DNA of 64,000 nucleotides, from assembly GCA_046296495.1 (NCBI GenBank), contig JBKBLB010000002.1, positions 106,955 to 170,954 of the forward strand, in the 5' to 3' direction. Positions 19,424 to 31,406 of the stretch are shown here, piece after piece. The notes under the pieces were generated by a model. It made no database searches. It was not told the DNA's origin and saw only the letters and a program-made list of their open reading frames with translations. The number at the start of each line of letters is the position of its first letter. The stretch's first letter is position 1. This stretch comes from Bacteroidia bacterium. GTDB lineage: Bacteria > Bacteroidota > Bacteroidia > UKL13-3. Both the position numbers and the translations under genes were made by a program.

Positions 19424-20785
19424 ATGAGCAAAATATTGATAATTGATGATGAAAAGTCTATTCGCAATACACTCAAAGAGATTTTAGAATACGAAAATTA
19501 TCAGGTTGTTGAGGCATCGAATGGGGAAGAAGGGCTTAAAAAAATAGAAGAAGAAGAATTTGATGCGGTTTTGTGCGATGTAAAAATGCCTAAAATGGAT
19601 GGCATGACGGTATTGCAAAAAGCAAAAGAAATTGATGATGATATGCCATTTATAATGATTAGCGGGCACGGAAACGTTGAAATGGCAGTAGAAGCAACCC
19701 GCAAAGGCGCTTTTGATTTTATTGTAAAACCACCTGATTTAAATAAGCTATTGGTTACTATTCGCAATGCCATTGATAAAAAAGAACTGGTTATTGAAAC
19801 CAAGGTTTTGCGTAGAAAAGTGACCAAAACACGTGAGATTATTGGCGATTCACCGGCAATAAAAACCATTATAGAAACCATAGAAAAAGTTGCTCCAACC
19901 GATGCAAGAGTTTTAATTACTGGCGAAAACGGAACAGGCAAAGAATTGGTGGCCCGCTGGATACATGAAAAAAGCCATAGGTTTAAAAATCCTTTGGTTG
20001 AAGTTAATTGTGCAGCCATACCGGCCGAACTTATTGAAAGCGAACTTTTCGGTCACGAAAAAGGTGCTTTTACATCGGCCATTAAGCAACGTATTGGTAA
20101 ATTTGAGCAAGCCAATGGCGGCACATTGTTTTTAGACGAAGTTGGCGATATGAGTTTATCTGCTCAGGCAAAGGTTTTAAGAGCTTTGCAAGAAAATAAA
20201 ATTACCCGTGTAGGTGGAGATAAAGATATAGAAGTAAATGTGCGTGTGGTTGCAGCCACCAATAAAGACTTGCTAAAAGAAGTTGAAAAAGGCAATTTTA
20301 GACTCGATTTATATCATCGCTTAAGCGTAATTTTAATACATGTGCCATCATTGGATGAACGCAGGGATGACATTCCGCTTTTGGCCGAAAAATTTATTAA
20401 AGAAATTTGCGAAGACAGTGGTATTCCACGTAAATCTTTTATGCCCCAAGCGCTCGATGAATTAAAAAATTTAAATTTTTCGGGCAATATTCGCGAATTA
20501 AGAAATATTGTTGAAAGATTGGTTATTTTGGGTCAAAACCGCATTACAGCCGAAGATGTAAAAAGATATGCAAGCCCAATAAATGCCAAAGACGAAGAAA
20601 AAAGCATTTACGAGCGTTTTTCAACCCTGCAAAGTTTTAAAGAATATGTTGAACGTATTTTTATAGAAGAAAAATTAAAGAAAAATAACTGGAATGTAGC
20701 CAAAACTGCTTTGGAAGTAGATATTCAACGAAGTCATTTATACAACAAAATTGAAAAATACAGCCTTAAACGAGGCGATGAATAA
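19424..20785 (+). CDS. Sigma-54-dependent response regulator (NtrC family: receiver, AAA+ and Fis-type HTH domains).
   Basis: Receiver domain (DDEKSIR...DVKMPKMDG), Walker A GENGTGKELVA, GAFTSA (a variant of GAFTGA) and a C-terminal HTH. No histidine kinase is adjacent. Confidence 0.85.
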   Translation: MSKILIIDDEKSIRNTLKEILEYENYQVVEASNGEEGLKKIEEEEFDAVLCDVKMPKMDGMTVLQKAKEIDDDMPFIMISGHGNVEMAVEATRKGAFDFIVKPPDLNKLLVTIRNAIDKKELVIETKVLRRKVTKTREIIGDSPAIKTIIETIEKVAPTDARVLITGENGTGKELVARWIHEKSHRFKNPLVEVNCAAIPAELIESELFGHEKGAFTSAIKQRIGKFEQANGGTLFLDEVGDMSLSAQAKVLRALQENKITRVGGDKDIEVNVRVVAATNKDLLKEVEKGNFRLDLYHRLSVILIHVPSLDERRDDIPLLAEKFIKEICEDSGIPRKSFMPQALDELKNLNFSGNIRELRNIVERLVILGQNRITAEDVKRYASPINAKDEEKSIYERFSTLQSFKEYVERIFIEEKLKKNNWNVAKTALEVDIQRSHLYNKIEKYSLKRGDE

Positions 20786-20800
20786 TTTTTTTATTTTAAA

Positions 20801-21760
20801 TTGAATTTAGGTTCGGATATACAACAAGCAATTGATTGTTTAATAAATGCTAAATTAGTAGCCATACCTACCGAAACAGTTTATGGACTTGCTGCAAATG
20901 CTTTTGATGTTAATGCGGTTGCCAAAATTTTTTCGGTAAAAAACAGGCCTCAGTTTAATCCACTCATTATTCATTCAAACTCGCTTCAACGATTTGAAAA
21001 ATGGGGAATTGCAATTACCGATAAAGCAAAAAAATTAGCTGAGAAGTTCTCTCCGGGACCGCTAACATATGTATTACCTAAATCTCAAATAATACCCGAT
21101 TTGGTTACAGCAGGCCATCAATCGGTTGCTATTCGCATTCCAAAGCATCCGTTAACGCAGCAATTATTAAGCAAAATAGATTTCCCGTTGGCTGCTCCAA
21201 GTGCAAACCCAAGCGGCTATGTAAGCCCAACTACAGCGCAGCACGTGGCACAACAATTAAAACAAAAAGTATGCTATATTTTAGATGGCGGACCTTGTAA
21301 AGTAGGAATTGAAAGCACCATTTTAAGCTTGGTTGATACAACACCTGTTTTACTAAGATATGGCAGTATTACGGTAGAGGAAATGGAAGCCGAATTAAAT
21401 CAAAAAATTGACGTATCGAAAGTTGTTAATAACGATAATCCGCTCGCACCAGGTATGTTGGGTAAGCATTATGCAACCAAAACACCGTTAATAATCGGCC
21501 ATAACATTGATTTTAAAGTTGATGATTTAAACAAAATTGCTGCTATTAGGCTCAAAAACTATTTACCTCAAATTCCGCAGCAAAATCAAATTTTATTATC
21601 GCCAGAAGGAAGTCTTGAAACTGCAGCCGCAAATTTATACACTGCCATGCGTAATTTAGACGATATGCAATTTGATTTGATAATTGCTGAACCAATGCCA
21701 AGCAAAGGGCTTGGAATAGCCATAAACGACCGCTTAAAACGGGCAGCAGCCAAAGATTAA
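20801..21760 (+). CDS. tsaC: L-threonylcarbamoyladenylate synthase (Sua5/YrdC family, long form).
   Basis: AIPTETVYGLAANAFD YrdC motif plus a Sua5 C-terminal domain; 319 aa. Confidence 0.85.
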   Translation: MNLGSDIQQAIDCLINAKLVAIPTETVYGLAANAFDVNAVAKIFSVKNRPQFNPLIIHSNSLQRFEKWGIAITDKAKKLAEKFSPGPLTYVLPKSQIIPDLVTAGHQSVAIRIPKHPLTQQLLSKIDFPLAAPSANPSGYVSPTTAQHVAQQLKQKVCYILDGGPCKVGIESTILSLVDTTPVLLRYGSITVEEMEAELNQKIDVSKVVNNDNPLAPGMLGKHYATKTPLIIGHNIDFKVDDLNKIAAIRLKNYLPQIPQQNQILLSPEGSLETAAANLYTAMRNLDDMQFDLIIAEPMPSKGLGIAINDRLKRAAAKD

Positions 21761-21762
21761 AT

Positions 21763-22668
21763 ATGAGAATAGTTTTTTTAGGAACACCGGCATTTGCAGT
21801 AGAAAGCTTAAAAGCCATTATTCAAAATGGTTTTAATGTTGTAGGCGTGGTTACAGCTCCCGATAAACCTGCCGGCAGAGGTATGAAATTACAGCAAAGC
21901 CCGGTAAAACAATATGCTCTTAGCCAAAAAATTCCTGTTTTACAACCTGTAAAACTTAAAGATGCCTCTTTTATTGAACAGCTAAAATCTTTAAAGGCTG
22001 ATTTGCAGGTGGTTATTGCTTTTAGAATGTTGCCTGAAATTGTATGGAATATGCCGCCAATGGGTACCATCAATTTACATGCATCATTATTGCCTGATTA
22101 CAGAGGCGCAGCTCCAATAAATTGGGCAATTATTAATGGTGAGAAAAAAACAGGAGTTACAACATTTTTTCTGAAACATGAAATTGATACTGGCGATATG
22201 CTTTTGCAAGCAGAGGTTGATATTACTAACGATATGAATGCAGGTCAATTGCATGATTTACTTATGGTTGAAGGGGCAAAAGTTGTGGTTCAGTCATTAA
22301 AACTTATTCAATCAGGCAATTACCAAACAATCCCTCAATCCGGAGGTTCAAGCAAAATTGCACCAAAAATTTTTACAGAAACTTGCCGAATAAATTGGGA
22401 AAAGAATGCTTTAGAAATTTACAATTTAGTAAGAGGCTTAAGCCCATATCCAACAGCTTTTTGCGAAATTAATTACAAAAAAATTAAAGTTTTTGCTTGT
22501 AAACCCGAAATTGCTTATCATCGGATAGGTTTAGGTATTGTAGAAACCGATAATAAAACATTTTTAAAAGTTTCATGCAACGATGGATATATTCATTTAA
22601 CTGAAGTTCAGGCTGAAAGCAAAAAAAGAATGCCTATTGAAGAATTTTTAAAAGGATTTAGATTATGA
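21763..22668 (+). CDS. fmt: Methionyl-tRNA formyltransferase.
   Basis: MRIVFLGTPAFAV N-terminus and the SLLPDYRGAAPINWAI motif. Confidence 0.9.
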   Translation: MRIVFLGTPAFAVESLKAIIQNGFNVVGVVTAPDKPAGRGMKLQQSPVKQYALSQKIPVLQPVKLKDASFIEQLKSLKADLQVVIAFRMLPEIVWNMPPMGTINLHASLLPDYRGAAPINWAIINGEKKTGVTTFFLKHEIDTGDMLLQAEVDITNDMNAGQLHDLLMVEGAKVVVQSLKLIQSGNYQTIPQSGGSSKIAPKIFTETCRINWEKNALEIYNLVRGLSPYPTAFCEINYKKIKVFACKPEIAYHRIGLGIVETDNKTFLKVSCNDGYIHLTEVQAESKKRMPIEEFLKGFRL

Positions 22669-24002
22669 AAACACTTATAAAAAATGCAAAACTGGTAAAC
22701 GAAGGCCGCATTTATTATGCTGATGTATTAATAAAAGGTCAGTTTATTGAAAAAATTGACGAGAACGGAATAGCCATGCCAGCCGATATTATTATTGATG
22801 CAACAGATCAATATTTATTGCCTGGAGTAATTGACGATCAGGTGCATTTTAGAGAACCCGGATTGGCACAAAAAGGCGAAATAGCTACCGAATCGGTTGC
22901 TGCAGTTGCCGGTGGCATTACAAGCTACATGGAAATGCCAAACACAAAGCCAAGTGCTGTAACCATAGAATTGTTGGAGCAAAAATATGCTCGTGCAGCT
23001 CAGTGTAGCCTTGCCAACTACAGTTTTTATATGGGTACAACAAATACCAATTTAAATGAGTTGTTAAAAGTTGACCCCACTAAGATTTGCGGTGTAAAAA
23101 TTTTTATGGGAAGCAGTACAGGTGATATGTTGGTTGATGACCCAATTGCACTTGAGTGTATTTTTAGCGAAGTAAAAACGCTTATTGCAACTCATTGTGA
23201 AGACGACCCTATGATAAAGGCTAATATGGCCGAATTTGTTGCAAAGTATGGTAAAGAAAACCTAACACCGGATATGCATCCGTTAATAAGAAGTGGAGAA
23301 GCATGTTATAAATCTTCATCGTTTGCAGTAGAATTGGCTAAAAAATTTGGTACGCGATTACATATTTTACACATAAGTACAGCCGAAGAATTAGATTTAT
23401 TTGACAATAAACTGCCGCTTGCCGATAAGAAAATAACAGCAGAGGCTTGTATTCATCACTTGTGGTTTTGTAATGATGATTATAAAGAAAAAGGCAATTT
23501 TATTAAATGGAACCCCGCTGTTAAAACAGCGGCAGACCGTGAAGCTATTTTAAAAGCAGTAATTGATAACCGTATTGATGTTATTGCTACCGACCATGCT
23601 CCGCATACAATAGCCGAAAAACAAGAACCATTTTTCAACGCACCTTCCGGTGGGCCTTTGGTTCAACATAGTTTAAATGCAATGATACATTTGTACCAAA
23701 CAGGCAAAATAAGTTTAGAGAAAATAGTTGAAAAAATGTGCCATAATGTGGCGATAATGTTTGAAATTGACAGGAGAGGCTTTATTCGCGAAGGATTTTA
23801 TGCCGATTTGGTTTTGGTTAATTTAAATAAACCCTATAAAGTAAATAAAGAGAACATATTGTACAAATGCGGCTGGAGCCCATTTGAAGGTTTTGAGTTT
23901 AATAATTCAGTAACACACACTTTTGTAAATGGCCATTTGGCTTTTAAAAACGGAAAAATAAATTCAAACCAAATGGGTATGAGATTGGCTTTTAACCGAT
24001 AA
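22665..24002 (+). CDS. pyrC: Dihydroorotase (multifunctional-complex type amidohydrolase).
   Basis: LPGVIDDQVHFREPG metal-binding motif; 445 aa; DHAP his motif. Confidence 0.75.
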   Translation: MKTLIKNAKLVNEGRIYYADVLIKGQFIEKIDENGIAMPADIIIDATDQYLLPGVIDDQVHFREPGLAQKGEIATESVAAVAGGITSYMEMPNTKPSAVTIELLEQKYARAAQCSLANYSFYMGTTNTNLNELLKVDPTKICGVKIFMGSSTGDMLVDDPIALECIFSEVKTLIATHCEDDPMIKANMAEFVAKYGKENLTPDMHPLIRSGEACYKSSSFAVELAKKFGTRLHILHISTAEELDLFDNKLPLADKKITAEACIHHLWFCNDDYKEKGNFIKWNPAVKTAADREAILKAVIDNRIDVIATDHAPHTIAEKQEPFFNAPSGGPLVQHSLNAMIHLYQTGKISLEKIVEKMCHNVAIMFEIDRRGFIREGFYADLVLVNLNKPYKVNKENILYKCGWSPFEGFEFNNSVTHTFVNGHLAFKNGKINSNQMGMRLAFNR

Positions 24003-24094
24003 TCGTTTTTAAAGTTTTAAATTGAAAGAAAGTTTTTTTAACATTTTATATATCAGCAATGTGAAGAAAAAGCATTAAAAAAATGTTAAGCGGA

Positions 24095-24125
24095 TTTGTT
24101 AAATATAAATATTAGCTTACTTTTG
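24095..24125 (+). promoter_or_regulatory. Bacteroidota sigma-A-type promoter (TTTG-N19-TAnnTTTG) for tRNA-Lys.
   Basis: TTTG at 24095-98, a 19-nt spacer and TActTTTG at 24118-25, about 28 nt upstream of the tRNA 5' end. Confidence 0.5.
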
Positions 24126-24152
24126 CAGCCCGTTAGTTAGAAATAACTAATC

Positions 24153-24225
24153 GATTCCGTAGCTCAGCTGGTAGAGCATTACACTTTTAATGTAGGGGTC
24201 CTGGGTTCGAGTCCCAGCGGAATCA
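24153..24225 (+). tRNA. tRNA-Lys (anticodon UUU).
   Basis: Cloverleaf GATTCCG/CGGAATC acceptor stem, GTTCGAGTC T-loop and anticodon loop CTTTTAA. CCA is not encoded. Confidence 0.9.
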
Positions 24226-24231
24226 CTTCTA

Positions 24232-24262
24232 AAACCTTTCAAGTATTTCTTGAAAGGTTTTT
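24232..24262 (+). terminator. Rho-independent terminator after tRNA-Lys.
   Basis: AAACCTTTCAAgtatttcTTGAAAGGTTT followed by a T-run. Confidence 0.7.
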
Positions 24263-24338
24263 TATTTTTAAAAGGCGTTTGTTACATTTTTTATTTTTAT
24301 ATCATTTTTAAAAACCGCTTTCAAAAAAATACTTTTGA

Positions 24339-26420
<2,082 letters not shown>

Positions 26421-26580
26421 ATCATATCTTTTCATGTTTGGCTTGAACTTTTACTATTCCTCAATTAGAAAATGTATCAAAAGTATCAATACATAAATTT
26501 TATTTTAAAATTATTTTAATGAATATAAAAAGTAGTTATAAGAATGAATTTTAAAATGTAAGATTTATAAAAATATTTTT

Positions 26581-28113
26581 TTACTTTTCTATTACTTCAT
26601 ACATATCCAGTCTTCGGTCTTTCCAGTTAAGCACAGTTCCTGTATTTCTGGCTCTTTCAAGGGCTGCAAGGTCAAGGTCGGCAATTACAACAGTTTCTAT
26701 GTTTGTGCTGCATTCGCCCGCAACGGCATCAGGTGGAAATGCAAAATCGCTGGGCGTGTAAATGCCACTTTGTGCATAATTAATATCCATGTTTTCAACT
26801 GAAGGTATATTACCAATAGTACCTGCACAAGCAACAAAAATCTGATTTTCTATGGCACGAGCCTGGGCGCAATACTTTACACGTAAATAACCATGTTTTT
26901 CATCGGTGCTAAATGGTACAAAAATTATTTTGGCACCTTTTGCTGTAGCAATTCTTGCCATTTCCGGAAATTCTACATCGTAACAAACATTTATGGCTAT
27001 TTTGCCGCAATCGGTATTAAAAACTTTTATTTCGTTGCCGGGTTTTACGCCCCACCATTTAGCTTCGTTACTTGTTATGTGTATTTTATATTGTTTCTCA
27101 AATGTACCGTCTCGTTTAAATAAATATGAAATATTATAAAGGTTTTCTCCTTCTACCTGCAAATGGGTACCTGCAATAATATTTATGTTATACTCTAAAC
27201 TTAATCGGCTAAACAGGTCAATAAAGTCTTGTGTGTATTCATCGAGTTTTCTAATGGAGTCTTCAGGACTCATACTTTTGTATTCATGTAATGATAGTAA
27301 TTGAGTTGTAAACAATTCGGGAAACAAAGCGAAATCACTTTTATAGTTCGATGCCACATCGGTAAAGTATTCGCATTGTTGAGCAAATTCTTCAAAACTG
27401 TTTATTTTTCGCAATTCGTATTGTATGGCGCAAATACGCACCTTTTTCATCAACACACTTCTTTCCGGAGTTTCAGGAATGTAATCAAGGTTTACCCATT
27501 CAAGTAAAAGTGCATATCCTTCGCTTTCCCTGTCTTCCGGTAAGTAATCTTTTATAATTCTTTGTATGGTAAAACCTTGGCTAAGCTGGAATGTAACAAC
27601 AGGATCTTTAATTTTTTTATCTACTACACGCTTTACATAAGCTCTTACGCCAAACTCGCTACTGTATCGGTGAAAGTTAGGTAAACGACCGCCAATAATA
27701 ATGCGAGCAAGATTTTTGCTTACACAAAGTTCTCTGCGCATTTCATATAAGCGTCTGCCTATTTTTAAACCTTGATAATCGGGGTGTACCATAACTTCAA
27801 TTCCATAAAGCGTATCACCTTCCTCTTCGTGATTGGTTATATAACCATTATCGCAAATTTCTTTCCATGTATGGTCATCATCGTATTCATCCCAACTAAT
27901 TATAAGGCTTGTTGCCGAACCAACAATTTTGCCTTCATATTCTATTACCTGCATCCCTTCCGGAAAATGCCTGAATTGACTTTCGAGCATTTCTATTTTC
28001 CAAGGCTCATTTTGCGGAAAACATATTTTACTTAATTCTATCAATTCTTCAAAATCCGAGCGATGAGCAGTTCGGGCTATAATTTTAGGTTTGCGGGATG
28101 GCCTGGTTTTCAT
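26581..28113 (-). CDS. Bifunctional GNAT N-acetyltransferase / carbon-nitrogen hydrolase (nitrilase superfamily) protein.
   Basis: N-terminal GNAT fold; C-terminal CN-hydrolase with a catalytic Cys (INVCYDVEFPE) and a Glu/Lys triad. Confidence 0.75.
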   Translation of the reverse strand: MKTRPSRKPKIIARTAHRSDFEELIELSKICFPQNEPWKIEMLESQFRHFPEGMQVIEYEGKIVGSATSLIISWDEYDDDHTWKEICDNGYITNHEEEGDTLYGIEVMVHPDYQGLKIGRRLYEMRRELCVSKNLARIIIGGRLPNFHRYSSEFGVRAYVKRVVDKKIKDPVVTFQLSQGFTIQRIIKDYLPEDRESEGYALLLEWVNLDYIPETPERSVLMKKVRICAIQYELRKINSFEEFAQQCEYFTDVASNYKSDFALFPELFTTQLLSLHEYKSMSPEDSIRKLDEYTQDFIDLFSRLSLEYNINIIAGTHLQVEGENLYNISYLFKRDGTFEKQYKIHITSNEAKWWGVKPGNEIKVFNTDCGKIAINVCYDVEFPEMARIATAKGAKIIFVPFSTDEKHGYLRVKYCAQARAIENQIFVACAGTIGNIPSVENMDINYAQSGIYTPSDFAFPPDAVAGECSTNIETVVIADLDLAALERARNTGTVLNWKDRRLDMYEVIEK

Positions 28114-28218
28114 GAAACTGATATTTGGTTCAAAATAAATAAAATTTGATGCAATTGAGGGTAGAGTTTAAATAAACATTTTTTTAAAACCTTTAAATAG
28201 TAATAGTTTTGTACGCTT

Positions 28219-28578
28219 ATGAAAAAGACTTTGGTTGTAGGAGCAAGCGAAAAACCTTACAGGTATGCATACAAGGCAACTAAAATGCTTAAAGATTACG
28301 GACATGAAGTGTTGGCTTTTGGCAAAAAGAAAGGTTATATTGATGACACATCAATTACCGATGAATGGCCTGATGATAAAGAGGTTGAAACCGTAACTTT
28401 ATACATAAATCCTGAATTGCAAAGACAATATTATGAGAAAATTATTGCTTTAAAGCCTAAAAGGGTAATTTTTAATCCGGGAACCGAAAATATTGAATTT
28501 GAAAAATATTTGGCTCAAAACAACATACAACCCATAGAAGCATGTACACTGGTTATGCTTGCAACCAATCAATACTAA
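28219..28578 (+). CDS. CoA-binding domain protein.
   Basis: KTLVVGASEKPYRYAYKA...GHEV N-terminus typical of the small YccU-like CoA-binding family. Confidence 0.7.
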   Translation: MKKTLVVGASEKPYRYAYKATKMLKDYGHEVLAFGKKKGYIDDTSITDEWPDDKEVETVTLYINPELQRQYYEKIIALKPKRVIFNPGTENIEFEKYLAQNNIQPIEACTLVMLATNQY

Positions 28579-28600
28579 AATTTAACTATACTTAATTAAT

Positions 28601-29086
28601 ATGAAAAAATATCTCATTATTATAAGCTTAACAATAGCTGCCATTTCTTGTCAATCACCAAAAGAAAAGTTGGCTGATAGAATAAAAGAGTTAGAAAACA
28701 GCGACAGCATTTTTAGTGCGGAGTTAATGAAAGAGTTAAAAGAAAATTATATAGCCTTTTCAAAAAAATATCCTGATGATGAAAGAAGTGCAAGCTATTT
28801 GTTTAAAGCAGCACAACGTTGTTTGGCATTAAACGAGCCTAATGAAGCAGTATTGCTACTTAATGATTTAATTAGTACTTATAAGCAAAACGAAATTTTA
28901 GAAAATGCCATGTTTTTGCTTGCTTTTACATACGAAAATAGTTTAAACCAAATACCACAGGCTGAAGCGGCATATAAAAACTTTTTGCAAAAATTTCCGG
29001 ATGGAGAATTAAGTGAAGATGCTAAAATTGCTTTGCAAAACCTAGGTAAAACACCTGAAGAAATATTAAAACAATCAGAAAAATAA
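28601..29086 (+). CDS. TPR-like lipoprotein.
   Basis: Lipobox ISC and helical-repeat composition. Confidence 0.4.
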   Translation: MKKYLIIISLTIAAISCQSPKEKLADRIKELENSDSIFSAELMKELKENYIAFSKKYPDDERSASYLFKAAQRCLALNEPNEAVLLLNDLISTYKQNEILENAMFLLAFTYENSLNQIPQAEAAYKNFLQKFPDGELSEDAKIALQNLGKTPEEILKQSEK

Positions 29087-29090
29087 GCAT

Positions 29091-31406
29091 TTAAAAAGGA
29101 TAACCTACACCGAAATTAATGTTTGTTGTTCCTAACCATTTTGTTAAACTTCCTTTATTGGAAGGCACCCATCTTTCGTTTTCAGGTTTTCTGGGATCAT
29201 ATAATGGTAAAGAAGGATCAACCCTGAACACTAAAAAATCTAAATTTAACCTTAAACCCAAACCAACACCGGCAGCTAAACTTTTATAAAAATTATTTAA
29301 TTCAAAATTTGCACCGGGTCTTCCATCGGGTTTTATGCGATAGATATTTCCAACATCGGAAAATAATGCTCCTTCAAACAATCGGTTGTATAAATTAAAT
29401 CTATATTCAATATTGGCTTCAATTTTAACATCACCGCTACGGTCAAAAAAACTCTCCGACTCAAAGCTTCCAGGCCCCAGGCTTCGTGGTAAAAAAGCCC
29501 TTATACTGTTTGCGCCTCCAATAAAAAATCTCCTGTCAAATGGAACATAATCGGGGGTATTTCCATAAGGTAAAGCAAAACCGGCTGCCAATCTGTAAAC
29601 CAATTTATTATTAACATCTAAGAAATTATTAAATCTAAAATCGGCCCATGTTTTTACATATTGAAATATTGGAACACCGAATATGGTATTAAAATCTTGA
29701 TTTGGATTTTTAGTTGCAAATAGCGTATGAAGTGCATTGATAGTATTGCCTGCAATTTCAATAGCATCCCATCGAATAAAAATGCTGTTTTTGTTTTTTT
29801 TAATAGGTTGATTGGTGTATGTAAAACCAAACCTCGAATCGAAAATAAGGTTATTGGTAAAAATGCTTTGTAAAAATGGGTCGTTTTTACTTAACTGCTC
29901 TAAGTTTTTGTTTGCAAAATCTGTTTTTACAAAACTAATAGCAACCGGTGTAATATTAAAGTTTATAAGTAGTTTGGTAATTTGATAATTTAGCGATGTT
30001 GTTAGTAAATATCTTTTCCAGTCAACATTTTGCTCCATTATTGCCGATGCAGAAAAAACTGTACGGTTTGTAATGGATTTTATCTGCTTGTCGTATTTCT
30101 CGAAAAATAAAAATTTAGGCAAAATAATATTTGCCGTTAGCGCATTTTCGAAACTGTTTATAAATGGCCTGTTAGGAATATTTGGCCCTCTTTGGGCCTC
30201 AAACGAAGTGCGGAAACGCCACTGTAATAATTCGCCACCATTAAAAACATTTGGTTGCATTAGTTGAAATACGGTTGCAAATCCATAATTTCTAAATGTT
30301 GCACCGCTAATAATATTTGCTTGGTCGGTTGTAATAGCTTGTGGTTCAATAGATAAATCGTATTTTTTATTGCTTTGAAGTTTAATGTTGTAAGTTATTT
30401 CCGGAGTGTCGGCATTTGGATCAACAATTGCCGAAAAATTTACATTCCTAAACAATTGCAAATCGTTTATTCTGTTAATACTTCTGGTAACTTTTTGCTG
30501 ATTAAAAATTAAATTATTTTCTATTAACAAAGCATTTTCTATAACCTTGGGGTTTAAAAGATAGTTATTTGATTTATAATTAAATTTTTTAAGGTCAAGG
30601 TAATTTACAACTGTATCTGCAGTAGGATTAATTTCAATATTTATGTTTTTAATTTTATAAACTTTGTATCGTCCAAAACCTACCGGGTTATTTATGTTCG
30701 GAGCAACAGCAACTTTAAAGTTTCCCTCAGTGGTATCAATATCAAAATTTATTTCTTCTTTTCTAAAACTAAAATATCCATTATTTCTAAGCACATTCGT
30801 TATGCGATTTTGCTCGTTGTATAAATTTTCAAGTTTCATTTTATCACCATATCTTAAAAACGATTCGCTTTTATTTGCATTTAAAATAGAGTCTATTATA
30901 TAATCTGCAGTATGTAATTCAATTCGGTATAAGTGATAAGCATTATTTAATTTTACCCTGTAATTTACTTTGGCTTTATTGCCTTTTCTATTTGTTTTTA
31001 CATCAAAATTTATTTCAGGATAATAAAAACCTTGTGTGCCAAGGTAATTTCGCATGGATGTTATTGATCTTTCAATTAAAAAACTGTCTAAGATTACCGG
31101 AGGTTCTCCTAATTTATATCTAAAAAATTGTTTTATATAATTATCATTTCTGCCTGAACCAAGATAGAAAAAACCTAATTGCAGCTTTGCAATTCCAAAT
31201 GTTTTTTTATTAGGTTTTTGCTTTATTAAATCGTTTAAATTGCTTTTGTAAAAACGGCTTTGGTTTCTTTCTGCAATGCTTATGTTGTTATTTTTTAACA
31301 ACATTCTGTCTTTGTTTATTTGTTTTGATACATTGCAACTTTGAAATATTGCAAGCAAGATTCCTGCTGCTAAAACAAACCGTATGTTAACTAAAAACGA
31401 TATCAA
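29091..31406 (-). CDS. Omp85-family outer-membrane protein (BamA/TamA-like).
   Basis: C-terminal beta-barrel ending in NINFGVGYPF. The start is ambiguous: a TTG at 31406 gives a good lipoprotein-type signal peptide (MISFLVNIRFVLAAGILLAIFQSC), whereas the longest ORF reaches 31508 and overlaps trmH. Confidence 0.7.
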   Translation of the reverse strand: MISFLVNIRFVLAAGILLAIFQSCNVSKQINKDRMLLKNNNISIAERNQSRFYKSNLNDLIKQKPNKKTFGIAKLQLGFFYLGSGRNDNYIKQFFRYKLGEPPVILDSFLIERSITSMRNYLGTQGFYYPEINFDVKTNRKGNKAKVNYRVKLNNAYHLYRIELHTADYIIDSILNANKSESFLRYGDKMKLENLYNEQNRITNVLRNNGYFSFRKEEINFDIDTTEGNFKVAVAPNINNPVGFGRYKVYKIKNINIEINPTADTVVNYLDLKKFNYKSNNYLLNPKVIENALLIENNLIFNQQKVTRSINRINDLQLFRNVNFSAIVDPNADTPEITYNIKLQSNKKYDLSIEPQAITTDQANIISGATFRNYGFATVFQLMQPNVFNGGELLQWRFRTSFEAQRGPNIPNRPFINSFENALTANIILPKFLFFEKYDKQIKSITNRTVFSASAIMEQNVDWKRYLLTTSLNYQITKLLINFNITPVAISFVKTDFANKNLEQLSKNDPFLQSIFTNNLIFDSRFGFTYTNQPIKKNKNSIFIRWDAIEIAGNTINALHTLFATKNPNQDFNTIFGVPIFQYVKTWADFRFNNFLDVNNKLVYRLAAGFALPYGNTPDYVPFDRRFFIGGANSIRAFLPRSLGPGSFESESFFDRSGDVKIEANIEYRFNLYNRLFEGALFSDVGNIYRIKPDGRPGANFELNNFYKSLAAGVGLGLRLNLDFLVFRVDPSLPLYDPRKPENERWVPSNKGSLTKWLGTTNINFGVGYPF

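Noticed and set aside
19501-20019. Long antisense ORFs overlapping bona fide genes, for example 19501-20019 inside the NtrC-like gene, 55595-56098 inside leuS, 3363-3674 opposite the aspartic protease, and 58438-59658 inside mutS2.
   Set aside because: They show low-complexity, Ser/Phe/Leu-rich translations typical of spurious frames in AT-rich DNA. In each case the opposite strand carries a strongly motif-supported gene.
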